In this document: one piece after another, positions 1 to 31,059 of the stretch
How the letters are laid out: every line of letters starts with the position of its first letter
How positions within the stretch are numbered: the stretch's first letter is position 1
DNA from: Chrysomallon squamiferum
Lineage: Eukaryota; Animalia; Mollusca
Reading direction: 5' to 3'
Length of the DNA stretch: 64,000 bases
Assembly: GCA_012295275.1 (NCBI GenBank)
Contig: CM022671.1
Span: 3,472,001 to 3,536,000, forward strand
The notes under the pieces: model-generated
Databases searched by the model: none
What the model saw: the letters and a program-made list of their open reading frames with translations, nothing else
Told to the model about the DNA's origin: nothing
Translations under genes and position numbers: made by a program

Positions 1-29
1 AATTTTTAAAATTCTTTTTTTTTCCTCAG

Positions 30-83
30 GTGTCAAATGAAGTCTATAAAATTCTGAGACTAGTAAGTGAAATTTTGACTTAA
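30..83 (+). CDS. Possible terminal (or 33-nt internal) exon of an unidentified gene entering from the left
   Basis: Strong acceptor (T-tract + cctcag) at 15-29, then open frame VSNEVYKILRLVSEILT-stop. A gtaagt donor at 63 gives an alternative 33-nt exon. Protein not recognised. Confidence 0.35.
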   Translation: MSNEVYKILRLVSEILT

Positions 84-1877
84 AAAAGGGCATTAATGAT
101 AGAAAGAAATATATATTATATTTCGTTATTAGTGCATTAACATTGGTGGCCATTTTTAATGATGATGAATGTGTAGAAAATTTCTCATTCTGTAACTAAA
201 TACATTAAATTACAAATGTGGTGATATATATTACCTAAACATATATGATTGTTTTCTAAATATAAACTATAACACTAATAGGATGAGCTTGTGAGGGGAT
301 ATAGAGACTTATATTTTATCATTTTCACAATATTGCACTAAACAGAGACATTTAAATAAAAAAAAAAAAAAAAAAAGAACTTGATGGATTGAATATGCTG
401 CTAATATCTGCAGTGAAACAAAAAAATATCAGTTTCTATGCACCCTTAAACATCTTGTTATTTTGTAATTGCACTTTATTATTAATAAAAGTTAGTTTAC
501 AGAAATAAATAACACGTACAGATTAAATATAATACTGTCATACCAAACTATGCATAAAAAATAAGTATAAAATAGAAAAACTTTAAATGCAGTTTCACCA
601 GACGTGAAAGCATTTTTGAAAGTCGACTTGATCATTTCATCAAAGGCAATATTGTAACAGTAACTGTATTAAACCATAAACAATTTTTACAAAATACAAC
701 TTTAAATGCAGTTTCCCATAAAAAAAAAAATTACAGTATTTTTAAAAGTCCACTCCATCACTTCTCATTTATGTCACAAACAAAAGCTTTAAGTTTGACC
801 TGTGACACACATTAATTCATATACCAAACTGGTCGATACAACACAACTTTTTATTCTGAATAATCAATCTTCTCTATGCAGAATTTTAAAATGGATTTTA
901 CTTGTGCCCAGTTATAATAATAATGGAGTTAAAAAGGAAAAATATGACAGACAAATTACAGATTTAAGAATTAAGATGACATTTACTAATTTTTTCACAG
1001 GGATGTGTGTGAAATGTGCTTAAAGGTGAATATCAAAGTCAGGTTATTATTCATGTTAATGTTGTATGTCCTGATAATTCAAAATAACCATGCAGCAATG
1101 TTATTTCCAGATTTCAGAATGACTTTTCTTTATCTCATGCTGAAGACGTTAAATTCTTATTTCCTAGTCTCAAAATAAATCACTGACGTTTTCAAAGCCA
1201 AGTCAGAAACTGAGATGCAGAGTCAAAGATTTGAACTATGGTTAGAAGTGGAAGACACCCAGGCATTGTATTGCACCAGTGAAAATGATGAAAACATGAC
1301 ATAATAAACCTAAATTTGTTTATAACTAATACAATGTGACCATTAGCTAAATCACAAGCACACAATAAAAGTAATCAGAAAAGTTAAAGGTAACTTGTTG
1401 CTTCATTTATATTATTATTTTATTTAAGCAAAGACATTAACCTGATTTTGTAAAAGCAACATTTTCTTTTCTTACAAATTCAAGGCAACAGATCTTTTAT
1501 ATTAGTATTTTATGAGTGTAATAACCTTACTGATATTTCTTACACTTGCATTATTTATTTTTATGAGAAATGAAACTCAGCTGACCATTTACATTAATAC
1601 TTGACACTGACATTCCCAGCATTGGTAAAACTTACACTGATATGTTTTACAATAAAAGCAACACAATGGAAACTTTATATAACACATTCTCAGACTGGTA
1701 TTTTATTTTACAACAAAAGTGATTAAACAGAAATATATTTTATTATTTTATGTTACAATATCTAGATTGCTTGTATTTGTGGAAAGTATTAAAAAAAAAA
1801 TATATATATATATACAAAATTCCTACAGACATTTACAAATATTAGAAGAAAAAAACAAAAGTTGTGCAGAACTGTCA

Positions 1878-2200
1878 GTACTTGTATAACTATTTAAATA
1901 TTTGAAAATCTATTTAAATACTTGAAAAACTATTTAAATACTTGTATAACTATTTAAATACTTGAAAAACTATTTAAATACTTGTATAACTATTCAAATA
2001 CTTCTAAAACTATTTAAATACTAGAAAACTTATTTAAATACTTGTAAAACTATTTAAATGCTTCTAAAACTATTTAAATACTTGTAAAACATTTTAAATA
2101 CTTGCATAACTACTTAAATACTTGTAAAATTATTTAAATATTTGTAAAAATATTTAAATACTTGTAAAACTTTTGAAATACTATTTAAATGTATTTGTAT
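1878..2200. repeat. ~20-bp minisatellite (tacttgtaaaactatttaaa)
   Basis: About 15 tandem, slightly diverged copies are visible. Confidence 0.9.
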
Positions 2201-3485
2201 GACTATTTTAACACTTTTAAAACTTCTTTTTAACAAAAGCAACTTTTTACTAGTTACTAGAATAAAGTCAGTGGTGATTATCATAAAATATACCCTTTTT
2301 TTCACTTTTTAAAATAATTTTTGTTTTAATATTTTACCAAATTAAAGGCAATGGTGATAATTGTAAAAGCTACTTATTTCCAGTTTTTAAAATAAAAGTA
2401 ACATTTAATAATTTACTGAATTAAAAATATTGGGAAAAAATATTTTCCACTTTTTAAAATAAAATTAAAACCTAATATTATAATATTATACTAAATTAAA
2501 GACAATTGTAAAAATCAAGAAATAATTTACAGTTAATTTATCTTAATATTTTACTAAAACAATGATATTCGTAAAACGTAATCATCTATTTTTTTTTTTA
2601 CAACAAAACTAAGTTAAATAGATAAATTATTTTAATATTTATAAAACTTATCTATCATTTTTACAGCAAATCAATGTCAAAGAGATAATACACAGATAAT
2701 TTATCTCATTATTTTACTAAAACACTGACACCACTGATATTCAAAAAATCGTTTTGTCTATTTTTACATACAAAACCAAATTAAACAGATAGATAATATA
2801 TTTGATTATCTTACTAAAATAGGCCTACCTGACTGATATTAGTAAAGTGAATTTGACAGTTTCTACACCAAGACAAGTAAAACTGATAATTCGTTTTAAT
2901 ATTTCAATAAAATGCCTCCCTGACCGATATTCACATAAAAATGTATTCGACAGTTTTTACAATAAAAGCAAGTCAAACAGACAATTTGTTTTAATATTTT
3001 ACTTCGACTACGACAACGCTGATATTTATAACGGTTAAATTCCCACCTCAGTGACAAATGAATAATTCGATAGCTTTGAAAAGCCCCACACGTGAGAAAA
3101 ACCATTAGCGAAGCGGTATGAGGATGCAGTTAATGGTTTTCTCTGAATGATCATTTTATCACAATTAGCAACGTCAATTCACTGAAACCATTTTCTGTCA
3201 CCTGCTGTACATTTTATTGTAATGGAGACACCTCTGACTTGAGTTCAAAAAAAAAAAAAAAAAAAAAAAGAGTAATAATTAGACAGGGTTTTTGGTGGGT
3301 TTTTTTTCATTTTTTTTGAGTAAGAGTAGAATATAAGAAACAAAGAATTAAAATTTTCTGTTATTAAAATATATTTACAAATATTTGAAATTCTTTTTTG
3401 ATTTATTTCATTCTTTGTCTTCTTTTAATTTTAAAAATTTTGAACCTATATATTAACTCTAGAAAGCATTATTAGGCAAAATTTA

Positions 3486-3520
<35 letters not shown>

Positions 3521-5364
3521 TAATTATAATTGTAATAATTTAAATAATAAATAAATAAAACAATTTTAAAAACTAAAAAACAACAATTTAATAAATTTAA
3601 AAAAATATAAATCTTACTAAATTTTACAAAAACACCTCTAATTAATCATGAAATCAAATGGAAAACTACATAAAAGTTACTATGACATTCACGTTCATCA
3701 CACTGTGATAAGTACACTTCTGCCTCATTATAATGATGACTCTTGGAAGTAGCCATAACTTCTTGTATTAGCTAATTTAAAGCACTGCACATCAATAAAT
3801 ATGTAATATCTGTCTACTGCATTCCCTCACTTACAACAGCAGGCCTGTGTATCATGCTAAGGTGCTGGCATATGAAAGGCATTGTTATATGCAATATGCT
3901 GTTATATGAAAGGTGTTGTTATATACAATATGCTTTTATATGCAAGGTGCCATTATAAGTGAAATATACTTTATTCAAGACAGCCAGATATCACTGGGAT
4001 TTCGACTGAATGGCACAAAATATGAAACTTCATTTATAAGATTTCAAACTTTCCCTTGGGTCACATCCACACACTCCTGCATTCTGCTACAAAGCCCCAC
4101 CTGGTGAGAAGAGGTACAACTACAGTGTTGAGTTGAAGGAAGACACAAAGGCCTCTCAGTTAATGAGTTATCAGATAACAAAGAAAAAGCAAAATGAGTA
4201 AATCTTGAATGTTTGGTTGATAAAGATTGTGTTTTCAGCTCACTTTCTGTCTAACATTAAATTTGTGCACTCCTAATGCAGAACAAAAAAAAACCCCTCA
4301 AAAATAAGGAAAAATTTTCATTTTCCCTCACTTACAAAGGAATGCCATCATGAGTGAAACAGATCTTTTAAAAAAATGACAATGACATGCCATTATAAGT
4401 GAGTTACATTATAAGTGAAATAAATCTTTTTCTGAAGACAAACTTCCAATGACAGTCCATTGTAAGTGAGAGTAGCATTATAAGTGAAACATTCTTTTTT
4501 TAAAAAGAATCTACATAAGTGGAGAAACACAGCAGAAGTGAAACCAAACATACAAGTCAGCTCTAATTTACTTTACATTTCCCTCAGTACAAATGAACTT
4601 AAAGTGTATCTATGATAGAATGATATATGCAACATGTATCTATACCATTTATGTTTAAATATATATTTTCTAGCAGTATAAATAACTCCAATCTATAGCA
4701 TATTGAAAGTTTTTTGTAGCGCTGCTATGAATAAATTGTCTAAATCTAAACTGAACACTTTTGAACGTACATCTTGCAGTATGAACTAATTGTCTAAATC
4801 TAAACTGTACATAAATGTACTTGTTCTAGTATAAATAAATTGTCTAAATCAATGCTGTATATTTTTCAGTGTGCCTGTGTGGTCAAATGTTGTAATATTT
4901 TACCAGACCAGAGATACAACTAATATTTGTAACACTGATAATTACACACTTCTGTCTCTAGATGATAGTAAAGGAAGATATGTTAATACAAAATAATGCA
5001 GAAAAGAGACCCACCCCACAAAAAAAAAAAAATTGATTAAACACTGAAACATCCATTTCATATTATTACCAAATGGCAAAAAAAAAAAAAAAAAATTGAT
5101 TAAACACTGAAACTAATCATATATGAACGTCTGTCTGTGTGTATGTGTGTTTCTGTTTGTGTCTAGGTATATAACCACTAACACATTCACTCTAAAGTAA
5201 TATTAATAATTAGTCTTACCTCTTTCTTCAGATCCCTGTCAGAATCTCGGATGAACGATATTACAAGCAGTTTACTGCAAAATAAAACACAAACTTTGCA
5301 TCTTTATGTCAAAAGACCTCTGTGTTACAAATATCATAAATCATATAATAAATCTTAATGTTTA

Positions 5365-5685
5365 TCACTGTATTATAATTCTTAATGTAATACCATTGTA
5401 TTTATGTTTTACTGTCATATCTTTGTATTATAAATCTTAATGTCGCATCACCACTGTATTATAAATTCTTAATGTCGCATCACCACTGTATTATAAATCT
5501 TAATGTCACATCACCACTGTATTATAAATCTTAATGTCACAACACCACTGTATTATAATTCTTAATGTCGTACCATCACATTCTAATTTTTGATATCACA
5601 ACACCACTGTATTATAATTCTTAATGTTGTACCATCACATTCTAATTTTTGATGTCACATCACCACTGTATTATAATGTCACAAC
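5365..5685. repeat. ~30-bp minisatellite (caccactgtattataaatcttaatgtcacat)
   Basis: Tandem copies of accactgtattataa(a/t)tcttaatgt. Confidence 0.9.
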
Positions 5686-6134
5686 ACATATGATGTTTTA
5701 CTTTCTCTGATAATTTACTGTTGTGCTGTTTTAATCACAATATAATCACCACCTACTCCTTCTGTTTGTCATGTTGTAAAATATGTACCACGGACATAAG
5801 CCATATTGATTGGACAGGAATGGAGATGAATTTCATACTAACAAGCAACTAATGAGAACGAATTCTTTTTCTGGATGCTGTATACTCGATAAATTGTATT
5901 GTTTACTGACAGGTCAGTGCCCATAAACAATACAAAGTATAATTTTAAAAAGTGAAGTAAAACAACAACAGAAACAATAATGGTGAAAACAAATAATTTC
6001 AAACTATATCAGATAGTGTATTAAGCAGCTGCAGAAGATGGATGAATGAATAATTAAGTAAGTGTTTGTTTCAAACACATTTAACTGTTTTGATATTTAT
6101 AAACAGATGTCAAAAACGTGTTGTGTGAATTAAG

Positions 6135-6310
6135 ATGTGACAGAGGAAACCTACTACTCTCATTCTTTTGGCTACTTTTTTTTTACTGATTTGCAGCAGC
6201 TATTTTTTTTAAAATGTACCTTCCCAAAGACAGGAAAACAATACCACAACCTTTAATAAACCAGCAGAGGCCCTGATTGGAACAGGAAAGAACACTGAGG
6301 AAAATTGATC
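6135..6310 (-). mobile_element. Degenerate dispersed repeat (SINE-like) remnant
   Basis: The reverse complement reads ctggtttattaaaggttgtggtattgttttcctgtctttgggaaggtaca...gtagcc...ggtttcctct. It resembles segments at 16760, 34655, 42765 and 48905. Confidence 0.55.
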
Positions 6311-7585
6311 ATGAAACCAATAACACCTCAGCTTCTGCTGCATAATGATGAAGATGAAAAAAAATATGATGATAATAATGATGATAAAGGTGGTGGTGAT
6401 AACAATGACAATAACAGTCATTAACCAAAAAAAAACTGATGTCAATAATAATTTTTTAAAATGTGATAATAATAAAAACACATCAGTAACCTCTATAAAA
6501 CATATAAATGATACAAAATAAATGAAAAGCTGTGAAATATGTGAAATAAAGAATCAAACTCACCTCATAAATCACGTACATTGTGAGCTCTTCATTTTAT
6601 CTTGTTTGTTGAGTCTTCTCCATACTTCACACAAATATTAAACAAAATAACCGTTTTCTTCGAGTATTTCATTAAAAAAATTAAGCACGGCAAAAAATAT
6701 TTCAAACGATTATTACGAAAATTGTTTCCTTGAAATTGATGCCATAACATAAAACTTCAAAAAAATTTTTTTTGTAAAAAAAAAATATATATGCAATTAT
6801 CTGAATAAAACAAAATTATATTATATTTAATAAATAAATAATATATGATTCTTTTTTCTTTGTATATAAATAAAACTTTTAATTTTTATTTGTTCTATAA
6901 AAGCATGGATGATGTGCTGAATAGTTTAAGTACCCAAGTCATCTTGATTTTGCAAAGATCCTCTTCTCAAACTATATTCTTTATAATTTGACCTCAGTGT
7001 TTTTATACTGATCTGCAAACAGCTGATAGGTTTAAGAAATAAATCTGACTCAGTTTGAACAGTATATTTGTGATAGGAGCTAAACCAAAGCCTAATAATA
7101 TTTTATTTTCTTCACAAGATATCTTTCCAAGCAAGCACATAAGTAAGATTAAAAAATAATAATAATAAAATAAAATAAATAAATACATAAATAAAAAATT
7201 AAAAATATAAATAATAATAATAATATAATAACAGTAATAATAATTATTAAAATAAAAAATGAACAAAATCATGTAAAATAATAACAAATCTTTATGAGCA
7301 TTATTTTATCTATTACATATGATTGACTATCTAGATACTTCAATAACACAATTCCCAGTCTTTCAAAATACATATATTCTGAAAGAAAAACTTTAATAAC
7401 AATAATTTTAACATGATCAAAATAAACATACAAAAATGACATTTGTATCCTGAATGATGATCCTCAATAATAATTTCATATAGACTGAAATAAAAAATAC
7501 ACATTCTGAAAGAAAATCATGGAAAACAATTTAAAAAATAGTAATAAAGAAATAAAAATAAAAGCAGAATAAAACAAAAACTCAC

Positions 7586-27852
<20,267 letters not shown>

Positions 27853-28327
27853 GATTCTTGAATCCTGAGGAATTACAAATAATTATTCAAACATTTATAT
27901 TCATCCTTATCAATATTTTACCATAACCATGAAACTAATAATAAATCATGAAGTGGAATAACATTAAGCACACTATGAGGATTGATCCTGCAAACCATGG
28001 AATCTGAGGTTAGCACTGTAATTAATTTAACTGATTTGAATGCATTCAGTAATATGGCTCATATTATCTGAACAATCATATATGTCTCATTTGATCATCT
28101 TTTTTCCTCTGTTCTTTTCATAAAGCAATCTGTAATTTTCTAATAAATATAACTGAGAAGTAACCTAAATCCATGAATGATTCATACATTCTCTTAAATA
28201 TATACTTTTTAAAATAATAATAACATACATTTAAATATGATTTTCTGTTGTATTATGCGAATTGTCCCAACACAATATGCAATAAAATATTAATTTGTAG
28301 TGTAAAGATTTTGTTTATAAAACATAC

Positions 28328-28380
28328 CTTGCACACACTGGAATCGAACCCACTACTATGCCGCCATTTCACCGAGACGG
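28328..28380 (-). other. GTF3C1: Putative non-coding first exon of GTF3C1 (5' boundary uncertain)
   Basis: GC/CpG-rich patch ending in AAG|gtatgt. A matching acceptor cctcag lies just upstream of the ATG exon (exon starts at 27864). Contains the YY1-like AAATGGCGGC. Confidence 0.7.
28340..28350 (-). promoter_or_regulatory. Perfect Pol III B-box (GGTTCGATTCC) with no tRNA body: candidate extra-TFIIIC (ETC) site
   Basis: Plus-strand ggaatcgaacc is the reverse complement of GGTTCGATTCC (consensus GGTTCRANNCC). Confidence 0.7.
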
Positions 28381-28969
28381 TATTCTGTTATATATGTTTA
28401 AATGCATATAAATGAACAGCTCAAGTGAACAGAAAATATTAATTAAATTAATAGTACGATCATAAAATTTGTATGATACGAAAATGCACTATTCTAATTT
28501 AAGTTGGGGTAATTTTTTCTTCTGACCTAAAGTAAAATGAAAAGATGACATTTATGTTAATTTCGGCCATATTAAGAGAGCATCTATGTAAATTTCAACA
28601 ACATTCATATTTCAATATTTGTATTGTATTCTTTTTTTCTTGCAAAGATTTCTTTAATACTTTTTCCGTAAATCAGATTTTTTATACAACTATTTTCACG
28701 ATACTCGCTAAAAACATTCTCCATCTGAAATAAAATCTAAATTGTTTGTTTCACATGAAATGTAAAACAGTACCAACTCTGACCACATCAGAATTGGATT
28801 TACTAATTTAACAAAATATTTCTTCATGCATAAGTCAAGAACCATCGGAAAGTAAACTAGAAAATGATTAAGGGTTCTTTAGGTTTTCAAAATACAATTT
28901 ATTTCTTTATGCTTTAAATTTATGTTACATGATGGTGGAAAATACAAAACAGAACAAAAAGACAACAAA
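28380..28969. promoter_or_regulatory. Bidirectional promoter region GTF3C1 / TMEM115
   Basis: Head-to-head starts ~0.6 kb apart, with YY1-like AAATGGC at both ends and a cggaa ETS-like core near 28846. Confidence 0.7.
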
Positions 28970-31059
28970 ATGGCCACTTCCATGTCACAGCAAAAAATAT
29001 CATTTATGAAAGAACAATTATCTGCTGCTTTTGGCAAAAGCAGTGTTGTTGTGAAATTTGTAGCCATTGCAGTGACAATTGGATATTTTCTGTCTTTCCT
29101 AGAAACAGCGAAACCGTTCATTACTGTAACTCCAGGTTACGTAGTTCCTCCAAACTTCAGAATTTATTCCTTTTTCACTTACTGTTTTGTTGAATTTCAC
29201 TTTTGGGATGTTCTTATTGACATCGCTGTAGTTATATTATGTGGAAAGTTGCTGGAACCATTATGGGGTGCATTGGACATGTTAATATTTTTCCAAATTG
29301 TGAATGTTTCAGTTGGCATCCTTGCTTCGTTTTCGTATCTTTTAATTTACTTAGTAACTGTGAATGAGCAGTATCTCTTTGAAGTTTATATTCATGGATT
29401 AGCAGGCTATATAGCAGCTTTTTCAGTGGCAGTCAAGCAAGTGATGCCAGATCATATTCTTGTGGCATCGCCATTTGGAAAGTTACGCAACACACACATT
29501 CCGTTGCTTCTGTTTATAATTACAATTATTCTGCGAGTTCTTGGACTACTGCCTGGGCCGTATCCAGTCATGTTTGGTTGGGGCGTTATTGTCAGCTGGG
29601 TATACCTTCGATTTTATCAAAAACACACGAATGGAAATCGTGGAGACATGGCTGATAATTTCAGTTTTGCTAGGTATTAATACATTCATTTTACTATTTT
29701 AAAAAGTATGTTTTTATGCATTCATATTAACTGAAAAAAAAAAAATGTAATAAATAAAAGTATGCTTACAGACATATGATCAAACATGTATAAAAAGAAA
29801 CTTTATTTTTGTATTCTGTTAGTGTCACAATTTTAGAATTAGCTTATACACACCACCACTTTATAAAAGTTATATGATTATAAATAACAGTTGTCGTTCA
29901 GAATAATACATGTTAATTGTAATACCATTTATTTCAGTAAAAGGGAAAAAGCTGAATTATAACATTTTATTACCATTTATAAATTCATTATCATTACTTT
30001 AATGTAAAGTGACTTAAATGCTATAAGAGGGAATTACCTAATATATAATAAAAGAATCACTTTCAAAAAGAAAAATATTTATTACTTAAAAAATCAAATA
30101 ATGTCACAATGTGTGTGTATGTGTGCGCATGCAGGTGCATATGTACAGATTTTAGTATTTCATAATTATTTTAATTAATTTATTCTATTATTATGTATCT
30201 ATTTTTTGTATTCAGCTTCTTTCCTGGACAAGTTCAGCCATTTATCTCCATAGTTTCAAGCACAGTGTTTCTTGCATTGGTCAAAGTGAAGGTGTGTAAA
30301 AAGCCACAGAGACACTATGACGTCAGTGCACCGAGTACGATAACCATCAGCCTACCAGGCACAGACCCACAGGACGCTGAACGAAGAAGGTGAAATATGT
30401 TGTTTTTTTTTTTATGATTTAATTTATCAAACAAGTTCATATTATTATTGTTATTATTATTATTATTATTACCACTATTACTACTATGGTATGTTATGGT
30501 ATAAATGTGTTTTCAATGTAATTGATGTTACTGAAATATATGTAACATTGTTAATGTTGTATCCAGTTATAATTTACAGATGGAATGTAATTTAGACCAA
30601 TATTATCAGTAGTTTTATTTTAAATTGTTTTTCAAATAATTTTGAAAGTTAGCACTGCTAAGGTTGCATTTTATACTAATCATAGATACACAGAGTAGTG
30701 AAGTTGTTAACATAACATTTACAAATGTATAATATTTACACACCCACATATACACACCATATTTTCACAGCACCCAAAACCATTGATCTGTACTATAAAT
30801 AACTATAATTTTTATTGATTTATTTTTATTTCTGTCTTTTTTAATCAGACAACTGGCTCTGAAAGCTTTGAATGAGAGACTGAGCAAAGTGGACACACCA
30901 GCAACATGGCCATCAATGGAAGAGGAAGGAGCCACTGCTGCACAGACTGAGTCTTCTACAAACAAGACTGTACCACAGAAATCAGAAACAGCTCCCCCTG
31001 TAAAACTTCCCGTTCCAACCTTCTCAACACCTGAACAGCCAAACACAGAAAAAACATAA
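28970..31059 (+). CDS. TMEM115: Transmembrane protein 115 (Golgi rhomboid-like pseudoprotease); exons 28970-29673, 30216-30389, 30849-31059
   Basis: Motifs GKLLEPLWGALDM, AVKQVMPDH, SWVYLRFYQKH..GDMADNFSFASFFP, ITISLPGTDPQDAERRRQLALKALNERL. GT-AG junctions keep the frame. Confidence 0.95.

Noticed and set aside
1878-2200. CRISPR-like array
   Set aside because: Head-to-tail minisatellite without unique spacers, in a eukaryotic context with no cas genes.
28330-28400. tRNA gene around the B-box
   Set aside because: No acceptor, anticodon or D stems, no correctly spaced A-box and no terminator.
28922-28969. Upstream in-frame ATG extending TMEM115 by 16 aa
   Set aside because: Poor context (ttt ATG t) compared with aaaATGg at 28970; the extension is A-rich and UTR-like.
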